64,000 nucleotides of DNA from contig NZ_JBDWAS010000058.1 of assembly GCF_039978735.1 (NCBI RefSeq), positions 525 through 64,524 on the forward strand, given 5' to 3'. This document shows positions 45,196 through 56,000 of this stretch, piece by piece. The DNA is from Maricaulis sp. (GTDB lineage Bacteria > Pseudomonadota > Alphaproteobacteria > Caulobacterales > Maricaulaceae). Within the stretch, counting starts at the first letter, position 1. Every line of letters begins with the position of its first letter. Under the pieces are notes generated by a model that worked only from the letters and a program-made list of their open reading frames with translations, was not told the origin of the DNA and did not search any database. The translations under genes were made by a program, and so were the position numbers.

Positions 45196-48099
45196 ATGAG
45201 TTTGGGTAATCGAACCGCATGGACCACGGGCCGGGCCATGCTGATGGGCGGTGTGTCCGCTGCCGCCATGCTGCTCGGCGGCGCCGCTGTCGCGCAGGAC
45301 GCTTCCGCCGATCCGCAAGCGTCCAGCGAAGACACGATCGTGGTCACCGGCTCGCGCATCCGCCGGACCAACGCCACCACGGCAATCCCGACACAAATCT
45401 TCACGACGGACGATATCGACGAGTCCGGCACGGTCGATGTCGGTGAAATCCTGGTCGATATCCCGGGCGTCGATTCCAGCCTGTCGCCGGAAAGCACCGA
45501 TCTGAGCATCCAGAATTCGGGCCTCTCGACGATCAATCTGCGGGGCCTGGGCTCCGAGCGGACGCTGGTCCTGATCGATGGCCGCCGCGCCGTGTCGAAC
45601 TCGGGCAATGGCGAACGCGTCAGCCTGCAGACCATTCCGGCCGGCTTTGTCGACAGTATCGAAGTCACCACCGGCGGCGCCTCGGCGATCTACGGTTCCG
45701 ACGCCATTGCCGGCGTGGCCAACATCATCCTCGAGCGCAACATGGAAGGCGTCGAGGTCGACGCCCGCTATGGCTGGGCGGATGCGAGCGGCGAACGGGA
45801 AACCACGCTCGAACTGACCATGGGCCGCAATTTCGACAATGACCGCGGCAATATCATGGTGGCACTGAGCTACGACCATGAGACTGCGGTCTATGCCGAC
45901 GAGACGCGTCCGGACTCGCTGCGCACCGACGACTGGTCGGGAAATGGCGAGTACAATGACTACTCGCTGACCTCCTACCTGCCGGGCGGCCGTTTCGAGA
46001 GCGACGATGCCTGGAATGTCGATGGCGTCTGGTACAATGACAAATCGCTGGCGCCGAACGATGGCCGCGATCCGGCCATCGGCTTCGAAACCGAACTGGA
46101 TGGCTGGAACTACCGCCCCGGCCGGACCCTGTCCCCGGAAGTCACGGCCTACACCGCCGCCGCCCGTGGCCGTTACGAGCTGACGCCGCGGATCGAGGTG
46201 TTTGCGGATCTGCTCTGGTCGCGCGTGGACAGCCTTTATGAGGGCTCCTACGAGTCCGCGATCTATTCGACGGATATCGGCCCGATCGGCAATACGTTCG
46301 ATATCGGCCAGATCGCGAGCGACCATCCCTTCATCCCGGCGGCCGTCGAAGAGACGCGCTCCGGTTCGGTGAGCTGGTATCGCCGCTTTGTCGAAGTGGG
46401 CCAGGAAACCCGTGACAACGAGCGCGAGACGATGCGCTTTGCCACCGGTCTGACGGGCGAGCTGGGTGAAACCTGGCAGTGGAACGCCTTTGCCACCTAT
46501 GGCCGGTTCGAGCAGAACCAGATCCAGGGCAACAACCTGAATTACCTCAACATCCACTACGCGCTGGATGTCGAGTCCGATGGCGCCGGCGGCTATCAAT
46601 GCGCCGATGCCGGTGCCCGTGCGGATGGCTGTATCCCGCTGAACATTTTCGGTGAGGGCTCGATCACGCCGGAAATGGCCGACTACATCCGTATCGACGG
46701 TCACGTGCAGCAGATCCGCGAGCAGACCGTGATCGGCGGCTCGATGAATGGCGAGCTCTTCGAGGCCCCCGCCGGTGCGGTGTCCGCCGCCTTCGGTGTG
46801 GAATGGCGTGAAGAAACCCAGGACACGAATGTCGACGCCATCATTCTGGAAGAGACCACCAGCCTGTCGGTGATCCCGGAAATCGAAGCCAGCTTCGACG
46901 TCGTGGAAGCGTTTGCCGAAGTCGAGATCCCGGTTCTGGAAAATGTCACGGCACAGCTTGCCGCGCGGGTGGCCGACTACTCCACGATCGGCACGATCTC
47001 GTCCTACAATGTGGGCGGCTACTGGGAACCGACCGACACGCTGCGTTTCCGCACGCAGTATTCGCGCTCGCAACGCGCACCTACGATCACCGAATTCTAC
47101 TCGGCACCGCGTCAGGACGCCGACGATCTGCGCGATCCGTGTGATGGCCTGAGGCCGGACGGTTCGGGCGTCACCGCCCCGCCGGGTACCGGCTTCGATC
47201 CGGCCGTGATCGCCGCCAACTGTCTCAGCAATCCGGGCATTCAGGCCTTTTTCGCCGATCCCAACAATGCCGGACAGCCGTTCGAGTTCGACGGTTCGGT
47301 CAATGCGCCGAACGCGGGCAACAACACGCTGACCGAGGAAACCGCCGACACCTTCACCATCGGTGCGGTGTGGGCGCCGTCCTTTGCCGAAGATCTCGTC
47401 TTGATCGTGGACTACTACAATATCAAGGTCGAAGACGCGATCGGCTCGGTCTCGACCCAGACCACGGTCGACCTTTGCTATGGCTCGCCGAACTTCCCGA
47501 ACAACCGTTTCTGCGATGTCGTCACGCGCGACACGTCGAACGGCCGGGTGATCGAGGTGATCAACCGCGAGGAGAACCTCAACGAGCTGCTGTCCGAAGG
47601 CATCGACGTGTCGGTGCTGTGGGACTTTGAAGTGCAGTCCGTGCCGGGCGAGTTTGGCCTCGACCTGCGCTATTCGCGCTCGCTGGCTGACGAGTACGAG
47701 TTCATCGGTGAGGCCGGTACGCCGGTGCGCGAGGACTCCAACGGCTCCATGTACGACCCGACCCACGAAGCCCGGGCACGCCTGTCCTGGAGCCGCGGCG
47801 ACTTCTACGCCAGCTATACGCTGAAGTATGAGTCCGGCGGCATTGACGATCTCGATGTGGATCCGAGCGATCCGTATTACTTCGAGGCCGACGACCGCTT
47901 CGTGTCGAACATCTATGCCCGCTACCGCTTCGGCGACGACTACCGCACCACGGTCTATGCCGGCATCAACAATCTGTTCGACGATTACGGCACCTTCCTG
48001 CCGAGCAACTTCAACTCGGGCAGCACGTCCAACCTGAAGGGGCCGCAGAACGATCCGATCGGACGCCAGTTCTACGTCGGCCTCCGCTCCCGCTTCTAA
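45196..48099 (+). CDS. TonB-dependent receptor (long, non-siderophore-like type)
   Basis: Track ORF 45127..48099; the ATG at 45196 follows AAGGGGA. Signal peptide ends AVAQDAS. DTIVVTGSRIRR, IEVTTGGASAIYGSDAIAGVANIIL, C-terminal VGLRSRF. Confidence 0.9.
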   Translation: MSLGNRTAWTTGRAMLMGGVSAAAMLLGGAAVAQDASADPQASSEDTIVVTGSRIRRTNATTAIPTQIFTTDDIDESGTVDVGEILVDIPGVDSSLSPESTDLSIQNSGLSTINLRGLGSERTLVLIDGRRAVSNSGNGERVSLQTIPAGFVDSIEVTTGGASAIYGSDAIAGVANIILERNMEGVEVDARYGWADASGERETTLELTMGRNFDNDRGNIMVALSYDHETAVYADETRPDSLRTDDWSGNGEYNDYSLTSYLPGGRFESDDAWNVDGVWYNDKSLAPNDGRDPAIGFETELDGWNYRPGRTLSPEVTAYTAAARGRYELTPRIEVFADLLWSRVDSLYEGSYESAIYSTDIGPIGNTFDIGQIASDHPFIPAAVEETRSGSVSWYRRFVEVGQETRDNERETMRFATGLTGELGETWQWNAFATYGRFEQNQIQGNNLNYLNIHYALDVESDGAGGYQCADAGARADGCIPLNIFGEGSITPEMADYIRIDGHVQQIREQTVIGGSMNGELFEAPAGAVSAAFGVEWREETQDTNVDAIILEETTSLSVIPEIEASFDVVEAFAEVEIPVLENVTAQLAARVADYSTIGTISSYNVGGYWEPTDTLRFRTQYSRSQRAPTITEFYSAPRQDADDLRDPCDGLRPDGSGVTAPPGTGFDPAVIAANCLSNPGIQAFFADPNNAGQPFEFDGSVNAPNAGNNTLTEETADTFTIGAVWAPSFAEDLVLIVDYYNIKVEDAIGSVSTQTTVDLCYGSPNFPNNRFCDVVTRDTSNGRVIEVINREENLNELLSEGIDVSVLWDFEVQSVPGEFGLDLRYSRSLADEYEFIGEAGTPVREDSNGSMYDPTHEARARLSWSRGDFYASYTLKYESGGIDDLDVDPSDPYYFEADDRFVSNIYARYRFGDDYRTTVYAGINNLFDDYGTFLPSNFNSGSTSNLKGPQNDPIGRQFYVGLRSRF

Positions 48100-48124
48100 G
48101 TCTCCTCCTCCGAGACGATTGGGT

Positions 48125-48165
48125 CCGGCACTCTGTCCTGTCTTTATGGCAGGGCGGGGTGCCGG
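48125..48165 (+). terminator. long imperfect hairpin followed by a T-run after the TBDR gene
   Basis: CCGGCAC..(internal CTGTCCTG/CAGGGCGG pairing)..GTGCCGG followed by GCACTTTTCC. Confidence 0.5.
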
Positions 48166-48219
48166 GCACTTTTCCAACGCTTTGACTGGACGGCGCCGGC
48201 AAGGCGTCGCGAGGATAAC

Positions 48220-50304
48220 ATGTTCCGCCAATTCGCTTCTTCCGCCGTGGCCGCGATGCTGGCCGCGAGCGCATCCCTGCATCCTGCCTTCGCCGAAGAC
48301 CCGCTGCCTGCAACGCTCGCAGCCCGGCCGGACATCCCGGTAGCCGACCGGTATATGACACCGGTCGAGATGGTGGCGCTTCGCAGTATCGGCGAGGTCT
48401 CGCTGGCCGATGACGGCCGGCGCGCCATCGTCACGCTGACCCATGCCGACTGGGTCGAGGACGAACGGGCCGACCGGTACTGGGTGCTTGATATCGCCTC
48501 CGGCGAGCTGGCCTATCTGTCCGGCTTCGACGAGGCTGATACGGTGGCCTTCTCGCCCGACGGCCGGATGCTGGCGGCGGACCAGCCGCCGGAGGGTCGC
48601 AAGGAGGACGAGGTCTTCCTGGCCAATGCCGATGGCAGCGATCTGCGCCGGCTGACCCGGCATCCCACCGCTGTGCAGAGCATGTCCTGGTCGCCGGACG
48701 GGCAGTTCATCTACTACCTGGCGACCGACGATCTCAGTGACGAGCAGCGCGACCGGCGTGACCGGGTCGAGCTGATCGAGCCCTATTTCGAGACCACGCG
48801 GCACCGTCATCTCTGGCGGGTCGATGTGGACAGCGGCGCACGCCAGCGCATGACGCAGGGCGACTGGTCGGTGCGCAGCTATGATGTGGCTGCCAGCGGC
48901 GCCGTGCTGATCCGGATCGCGCCGGCCGCCGATCTGGACTCCGCCTATGACAGCGAGCTGTGGATCAGCGAGACGCCCGAGCCGGGCGGCCAGTTCCGCC
49001 GCATCACCGCCAACAACTGGATGGAAAGCAATGCCCGCCTGTCGCCCGATGGCCGGCGGATTGCCTACAAGGCGCGCGTCAGCGGCGCCGGGCTGGACTA
49101 TGTGCAGAACAATCTCATCGTCATCGATCTGGAGACCAATGAAAGCCGGATCCTGACCGATGGTGCCGATTTCGAAGTGGACGGCATGGCCTGGCTGCCC
49201 GATGGCGAGAGCCTGGTCATGGCGGTGCAGGCCGGCGTGCGCTCCGGCCTGGTGCGGATCGATGCAGAAAGCGGCGAGGTGACGGCGCTGTCGCTGCACG
49301 ATCGCCACCTGGCCGACTGGTCGCTGGATGCGGCGGGCAATGCCGTCGCCCTGTTCGAGACGCCGACGACGAATGGCGATCTCTGGCGGATCACGGCCGA
49401 CGGTACGGAAACCCGCCTGACGACGATCGGTGCGGCCACCGTCGCGCCCTATCACCTGCCCGAACAGCAGCTGATCCGCTGGCCCAGCCATGACGGCCAG
49501 GTGATCGAAGGTTTCTACTTCCCGCCGCTCGTCCACACCGGTGACGGTCCGCCGCCCCTGGTGGTGCAGGCCCATGGCGGGCCGCGCTCGGCAGACGAGT
49601 TCGGCATGTGGAAATGGGGCCGCTATGTGCCGGTGATGACGGCGCAGGGCTATGGCGTGCTGTGGGTGAATTATCGCGGCGGTACCGGTTATGGCGATGC
49701 CTTCATGCAGGCCATGCACGGCACCTATTTCGCCCATGCCGACCGCGATGTGATGAGCGGGGTCGATTATCTGGTCGAGACCGGCCGCGCCGATCCGGAG
49801 CAGCTGATCATGTCGGGCTGGAGCGCCGGCGGTCACATGACCAACCGGCTGATCACCACGACCGACCGTTTCCGAGCGGCCTCGTCCGGGGCCGGGGCTG
49901 TCGACTGGGCAGTGCACCATCTCACCAGCGACACCCGCCAGGCCCGCCGTCTGCTGTTCGGCGCCGATGCCTGGGCCGAGGGGGCGCTGGAAACCGTGTT
50001 CCAGCCGCAATCCCTGCTGCGGGATCTCTACCGCGTGACCACGCCGACCCTGATCTTTGCCGGCGAGGATGACGAGCGGGTGCACCCGTCACAATCCATC
50101 ATGCTCTACCAGGCGCTGCGCAATCTGGGTGTCGAGACGCGGCTCTACCTGGCGCCGGGCGAGGGGCATTCCTTCTCGGACCTGTCTCACCGCCTGTTCC
50201 GCATCAATGCCGAACTGGACTGGTATGCCCGGCATCTGGGGCGGGAAGCCTATGAGTGGCAGCCTCTGCCCGTCGATCCCGATGACGAGGATGACGGTGC
50301 GTAA
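48220..50304 (+). CDS. S9-family serine peptidase (prolyl-oligopeptidase / dipeptidyl-peptidase-like with N-terminal beta-propeller)
   Basis: 694 aa. Signal peptide MFRQFASSAVAAMLAASASLHPAFA. Nucleophile SGWSAGGHMT. C-terminal FAGEDDERVHPSQS and GEGHSF. Confidence 0.85.
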   Translation: MFRQFASSAVAAMLAASASLHPAFAEDPLPATLAARPDIPVADRYMTPVEMVALRSIGEVSLADDGRRAIVTLTHADWVEDERADRYWVLDIASGELAYLSGFDEADTVAFSPDGRMLAADQPPEGRKEDEVFLANADGSDLRRLTRHPTAVQSMSWSPDGQFIYYLATDDLSDEQRDRRDRVELIEPYFETTRHRHLWRVDVDSGARQRMTQGDWSVRSYDVAASGAVLIRIAPAADLDSAYDSELWISETPEPGGQFRRITANNWMESNARLSPDGRRIAYKARVSGAGLDYVQNNLIVIDLETNESRILTDGADFEVDGMAWLPDGESLVMAVQAGVRSGLVRIDAESGEVTALSLHDRHLADWSLDAAGNAVALFETPTTNGDLWRITADGTETRLTTIGAATVAPYHLPEQQLIRWPSHDGQVIEGFYFPPLVHTGDGPPPLVVQAHGGPRSADEFGMWKWGRYVPVMTAQGYGVLWVNYRGGTGYGDAFMQAMHGTYFAHADRDVMSGVDYLVETGRADPEQLIMSGWSAGGHMTNRLITTTDRFRAASSGAGAVDWAVHHLTSDTRQARRLLFGADAWAEGALETVFQPQSLLRDLYRVTTPTLIFAGEDDERVHPSQSIMLYQALRNLGVETRLYLAPGEGHSFSDLSHRLFRINAELDWYARHLGREAYEWQPLPVDPDDEDDGA

Positions 50305-52905
50305 CTACCGCGTGCCGATCTGGCGCGGGGTGAAGGTGGGGGCCGGCAGGTTGACGGCTCCCGCCGCCTTTGCGGCATCGAGGAAGGCCACCAGTTCCGG
50401 CACCGGCAGCGGCTTGGACAGGCCGAAGCCCTGTGCCCAGTCACAGCCCAGCAGTTTCACGATCGCCAGGCCTGCATCGTCCTCGACGCCTTCGGCGACG
50501 AGATCGAGACCCAGATTGTGGGCGAGGTCGACGGTCGACTTCACCACCATGCGGTCGCGTTCCGACGTCGCCACATGCTGCACGAAGGCCCGGTCCAGCT
50601 TCAGTTCGCGCGCCGGCAGCGTGCGCAGATAGGCCAGCGAGGACAGGCCCGAACCATAATCGTCGATCGACAGGCGCACGCCCGCCTCATTGATGCGGTT
50701 CAGGTTGGCGATGGCCAGTTCCGGATCGTCCATCACGGCGGTTTCCGTGATCTCGAACGTGATCCGGCCGGCGGCGGTCTTGATCAGATCGAGGGCGATA
50801 TTGACGAAATCCGTATCGCAGACGAGTGCGCCGGAAATATTGGTCGCAACGCAGATATCGTGACCAGCTTCGGCGAAGCGGCGCTGGTCGTCGATCACCC
50901 GCTGGATGGCCCATTCGGTGAGCGCGCGGATATGCCCCATCTCCTCGGCCTGATGGATAAAGGCCGCCGGCGGAATGAAGCCCTGCTGCGGATCGAACCA
51001 GCGGCACAGCGCTTCGGCGGACTGGTAGCGGCCGGTGCGCAGGTTGAGCTTGGGCTGGTAGTGCATGCTCATATCGCCCGACCGGGTCGCCTGGAGCATG
51101 CGGGTCATCAAGGTCAGATTGCGCGACGGATCGCCGTACTGGCCAGCGTCGAACAGGGCGGCGGCCTCGCGGTGCTGCTGCGCCTGGTGAACGGCGATCG
51201 TGGCGTGGCGGATGCACAATTCCGGATCGTCGCCAATCCCGACACCGCCGCGGACCGAGACATCGATATCCAGATCCGCAATCCGGACGGGCTCGGCGAG
51301 CCGTTCCACACAGGCCCGGGCCAGCGCCAGGGCGTCGTCGGCCGTGCGGCAGGTCGCCAGAATGCCCAGCATGCCGGGCGAGATGCTGTAGACCGTGTCG
51401 ACCGGCTCGATCTCGCGCAGGCGGGCGGCCATGCGGGCCTGGATCTCGGCGAATTTGGTGAAGCCCAGAACGCTTTCCAGATGCTTGCGGCGATTGAGCT
51501 GCAGGGCGATGACATTCGGCGGCACGTCCGAACGCACGGCCCGCTCTTCAAGGCTGCGCTCAAGCGCGGCGCGTGACGGCAGGCCGGTCTGGGAATCCTC
51601 GTACAGCGTGCGGGCCAGGATCCGCGCACGCTCCTTGGCCGAGCGCTGGCGCACGACGGCGACGATCAGCAGCATCAGCACCAGGGCCAAGGCCGCGGTC
51701 GCGACGATCACGCGCTGGCTGGCACGCGAGCTTTGCAGGGCGAGCTCGCGCTGCAGGCCCTCGATCCGCAGCCGGTCGATCTCCATTTCCTGGATGGCGA
51801 AGTCGAACTGGGCGTTGATCAGCGCCGTATTGGCCGAGGTGGCAAACTCCGCGCGGTCGTCGTCGAGGCGCTTGAAGGCACGCAGGTGTGCCATGGCGTG
51901 ACGCCAGTCGCCTTCGGACTCGTACAGCTGGGCCGCCATCTCGTGATAGGTGATGTAGGCCTGCGTGGTCGTTGTCAGGTCGCGTCCTTCGAAGACGCGT
52001 TCCATGTGCTGGATGGCGGTCGAGATATCGCCGCGGGCATAGGCAATCTGGGAGCGCACGCCCCAGAAGAAGCGCGTCCATTCCAGGTCCGGCATGTCGC
52101 TGACACGCTCGAAGGCCAGGTCGATACTGGCAGTGGCATCGTCATAATGACCGGCCTCGGCCTGCATGATCGCCAGGTTTTCGAGAATCCGGGCCTCCAG
52201 CGACGCGCTCTCCATGTCGCGCGCGAGGGTCAGCGCCGCCTCGAAGGCCAGTTCCGCCTCGTCATAGCGTTCCAGCTGGGTCAGCGCATTGGCGATATTA
52301 TTGTTGGCCGACAGGCCGAGCGCCGGGTCCTGATAGCGTTCAAGCGCATGACGGAAATACTCGACCGCGCGCTCATACTGGCGGGCATCGGTGTAGAGCG
52401 AGGCAATGCCCTGCAGGGTGATGGATTCGCTGCGCGGCTCGCCGATATCGCGATAGATGTCATAGGCATTCTGGTAGTTTTCCAGCGCCTCGCCATGGCC
52501 GCCGAGCATCTTGTTGATGCGGCCGAGCGCGGTGAGGATATCTGCGTGAAGCTTGCTGTTCGGCGGATTTTCGCCCAGCGCCTCGAGCGCGCGTCTGGCG
52601 ACGGGCAGGGCGTCCTCGAACCGCGCCAGGCGCAGAAGGGCTTCGGCCTGGAGCCACCAGACGGTTGCCTGGGCCGTGGCCGGATCGGTGAAATCGGTGA
52701 TGGTGGGGATCAGGGCTTCGGCCGTGCGGGCGCGCTCAAGCGCTTCCTGCGGCGAGGCCATCATGACCGCCTGGGCCGATTCAACGGCCTGACGATAGCT
52801 GCTTGCGGGCGGGGCATCGTCCGTGCGGACATGACCGGACGCAGGTTCGCACACTGCACCGAGCAGCAGACACACGCCTGCAATCGCCAGGATTAGCCGC
52901 TGCAT
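50305..52905 (-). CDS. periplasmic-TPR / TM / degenerate GGDEF / EAL signalling protein
   Basis: 866 aa. Signal peptide, then TPR-like repeats. TM VIVATAALALVLMLLIVAVV. GGDEF-domain start DSQTGLPSRAAL, but no GG[DE]EF motif. EAL domain: QPKLNLRTGRYQSAEALCRW, DDYGSGLSSLAYL. Confidence 0.8.
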   Translation of the reverse strand: MQRLILAIAGVCLLLGAVCEPASGHVRTDDAPPASSYRQAVESAQAVMMASPQEALERARTAEALIPTITDFTDPATAQATVWWLQAEALLRLARFEDALPVARRALEALGENPPNSKLHADILTALGRINKMLGGHGEALENYQNAYDIYRDIGEPRSESITLQGIASLYTDARQYERAVEYFRHALERYQDPALGLSANNNIANALTQLERYDEAELAFEAALTLARDMESASLEARILENLAIMQAEAGHYDDATASIDLAFERVSDMPDLEWTRFFWGVRSQIAYARGDISTAIQHMERVFEGRDLTTTTQAYITYHEMAAQLYESEGDWRHAMAHLRAFKRLDDDRAEFATSANTALINAQFDFAIQEMEIDRLRIEGLQRELALQSSRASQRVIVATAALALVLMLLIVAVVRQRSAKERARILARTLYEDSQTGLPSRAALERSLEERAVRSDVPPNVIALQLNRRKHLESVLGFTKFAEIQARMAARLREIEPVDTVYSISPGMLGILATCRTADDALALARACVERLAEPVRIADLDIDVSVRGGVGIGDDPELCIRHATIAVHQAQQHREAAALFDAGQYGDPSRNLTLMTRMLQATRSGDMSMHYQPKLNLRTGRYQSAEALCRWFDPQQGFIPPAAFIHQAEEMGHIRALTEWAIQRVIDDQRRFAEAGHDICVATNISGALVCDTDFVNIALDLIKTAAGRITFEITETAVMDDPELAIANLNRINEAGVRLSIDDYGSGLSSLAYLRTLPARELKLDRAFVQHVATSERDRMVVKSTVDLAHNLGLDLVAEGVEDDAGLAIVKLLGCDWAQGFGLSKPLPVPELVAFLDAAKAAGAVNLPAPTFTPRQIGTR

Positions 52906-52970
52906 TGACTCACTTGCCTCCCCAACTCGGCAGGTCCACCGCGCCGGAAGTTAGGGCATGCAAGTTAATA

Positions 52971-53002
52971 TAAACCAAAACCCCTTCGCGATTGCGAAAG
53001 GG
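52971..53002 (-). terminator. rho-independent terminator of the autotransporter gene
   Basis: The minus strand reads CCCTTTCGC-AATC-GCGAAGGG followed by GTTTTGGTTTAT. Confidence 0.65.
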
Positions 53003-53050
53003 CCTTGATTCATCTTGCAAATCACGTCCGCCGGTGGGCGGAAATGATGT

Positions 53051-56000
53051 TTAGAAGCGCATGCGGAAGCTGGCGCCGGCGGCCAGGTCGTTCCGGGCCC
53101 GGTCGAAGGCATTGCCGGCGACCTGCTGGCGGGCGAACAGGCTGGCTTCGCCCATAATGCCGGGCAGCGGCGTGGAATAGAGGAACTCGGTATAGAGCGG
53201 ACGCTCGCCACCCAGTTCCCACACCTGGCTGTCAAAGCCCAGCGCCCCGGTCTCCCGGTCGGTCACGCGGGCTGCCGTGTAACGCAGGGAGCCCGTCTCC
53301 ACATGCAGCGGCTGCATCAGGCTGACGCGGATGGCGTCGGCTTCACCGGCGATGCCGGAATACTGGATGCTCATTTGCGCCGCGGTCGAGACGATATTGT
53401 CGTCGAGATCCAGCAGGCCGCTGTCGAACGCGGTCTGACGGGTCACGGCGGCCGTGGTCGAGGCGCTCAGCCGCAGGCGCGGCGTGAGTTCGGTGTCCAC
53501 GCCCATGGAGAAGGCGCTGGTATCGGCACCGCCGGAGAAGTCCAGCGGACCGGTGCCCTGGGCCCCCAGAAGGCCGGTGGTTTCATGCAGCTGGGTCACT
53601 GCACCATGCAGCGTCGTCGTGTCCGACAGGCGGTGTTCAATCGCCACGTTCAGCGCCATTGCCTGATAGGCGGCCAGACCGTCATGCAGCGGCCGCTCCT
53701 CGCCCGTGCCGGGGATCAGATAGGTCCGCTCTTCGTGATTCATGGTCGAGCCGACTGTCAGGCGCGTCCGTTCGGAGAGCTGGAAGCCGCTGGCGGCAAA
53801 GACGCCGCCCGATGCGAAGCCGAGGACAGGGTTCACGCCGCCGGTCTCCGGACGGTGATCCGAGAACAGGCCGAACCCGTCATTCCCCGTCAGGGCGAGC
53901 GCCCCTTCACCGACACCCAGCATGACATCGCGGCCCGTGCTGCGGTCGGCAAAGCGCAGGCCTGTCTGGAAGCCCAGCTCGCGCGACAGGCCGCGGCCCT
54001 GCAGATCGGTGGCGCCGGCAAAGGCGGTGACTTCCAGATTGCCGCGGCGCAGGACCGGGCGGTCCATCAGGCCGGCATCGGTGAAGCTGGCACCCGAGCT
54101 GCCGGTGGTGCGTTCGTAGATATAGGTCTCGGCATAGATGCTGGAGACATTGTCGGACAGGCTGGAACCGGCCGTCAGCGCGTCCACCGAGATTTCGAAA
54201 TCGCGGAAAGTGTCGTTGACGTTCTCGAACAGCACGACGGTGTCGCTGGAGCCGTAGCGGAAGCGCAGGCGGCCGCCATCGATCATCACGTCGCTGGCCG
54301 AAACCTGGCGGCCGCGGCGGTCGACGACGTAGAGATCGCCGGCATCGATGGGCGCCATGGCGCCGGCCACGTTCAGAAGGCCGTGGCCGTAGACAGCGTC
54401 GACACCCTCATCGCCCAGATCGGTGGCAGATTGCAGCAGGACATCGGCCAGGTCGGCGCCTTCCAGCCAGCCCCAATGCCCCTTGACCAGCGCGGCGGCG
54501 CCGGAAACGAGCGGTGCGGCGAAGGACGTGCCGGACACGCGGACCACACCGCCATCGCTATCATCGACCAGGATCAGCTCGCCCGGAGCGACCAGGAAAC
54601 GGTCCATCAGGCGATGGCCGGGCTGGCAGCTGCCGCGCACCGTCAGGCACGCATCGCCCGGACGGTTGGAGAAGCTGGAGATATGGCCGCCCGGATCGAC
54701 AGAGCCAACAATCAGGAGGTTCTCGACGGTGTTGACGCCGGTCCAGTCCACATCGACCGTCTGGGCAGCGCCGTCATTGCCGGCGGCCAGGACGAAAAGC
54801 GTGTCGTCGCCGAACAGGCGCACGAAGGGGCTGGTGAAGATACGCTCCCATTCCGGCGCCAGCGTCCAGCCGGACACGCCCATCGACAGGTTCACGATGT
54901 CCGTCTGCATCAGGGCGAGATAGCTCATCCCCAGTTCGACCGTGCCCCAGTCGGTGGTCTGGGTGTCGTCATAGGGGTCGAAGGAGATGAGGTCGGCATT
55001 CTGGGCCACACCCATCACGCCGCTGCCGTCGAGCGGTGCGTTGATCAGGCTGCGCACAGCGGCGCCGTGATGGAAGTCACGCGAGCCGAAATCGCCTTGG
55101 CTGAGCTGGAAATAGCCGTCGCCCGACCGCGTGGAGAAGTCCATCAGGCCGATGCGGACGCGATCGCCGCCGCCATACATCTGCGAGAGCGCCGGGTACC
55201 AGTTGGTCGCCGCCATCCAGTGATCGACATGGTCGATACCGGTATAGGACATCAGATTGTCGTAGAAGGTCAGGAAAAACTCGGACCGGTCGGCGGCATC
55301 CATGCTCGCCAGAGAGGCCGGATTGGCCGGATCGATGCCGAAATCGTCGAGCAGCGCGTTGAGGAAAGCCTCGTTCATCGACTTTCCGGTCGCGCTCTGG
55401 ATGGCCTCGCCGAAGACGTTTTCCGCCTCGTCGAAGATCAGGTTGAGACCGTCGGCGATCGGCTGGTAGTCGCCGGTTTCCGGGTCGATCTGGTCCCAGC
55501 CGAGATTCATCACACCCCAGACACCGCCGGCGGTCTCCCAGAACGGATTGATGTCCCCGCCGAACGGGTTGATGTCCCCGCCGAAGGGATTGATGTCGCC
55601 ACCCACGGTCGAGAGATCGCCCCAGAACGGATTGATGTCGCCACCGAAGGGGTTGATGTCGCCACCGAAGGGGTTGATGTCGCCGCCAAAGGGATTGATG
55701 TCCCCACCGAACGGATTGATGTCACCGCCAAAGGGATTGATGTCGCCCCAATAGGGTTCGACATTGCCCCAGAACGGGCTGACGAAACCGTAGAACGGGC
55801 TCTGGGACGCCTGGAACGGATTGATGTCGCCACCGAAGGGGTTGATGTCCCCGCCGAACGGATTGATGTCGCCACCGAAGGGGTTGATGTCCCCGCCGAA
55901 CGGATTGATGTCGCCGCCAAAGGGATTGATGTCCCCGCCGAACGGATTGATGTCGCCGCCAAAGGGATTGATGTCCCCGCCGAACGGATTGATGTCACCA

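Noticed and set aside
45151-50085. 1644-aa minus-strand ORF spanning the TBDR gene, the intergenic gap and the S9 peptidase gene. Similar giants occur at 6169..8946, 18415..20445, 42167..44956, 53303..56230, 56852..60019 and 27802..29556.
   Set aside because: All are codon-aligned antisense shadow ORFs. Their codons are the exact reverse complements of the sense codons. An antisense stop therefore requires the sense codons TTA, CTA or TCA, which are nearly absent in this GC-rich coding style. Their translations are Arg/Gly/Ala/Asp-rich low-complexity strings with no motifs. The opposite strand carries clear TBDR, peptidase, ligase and ABC signatures.
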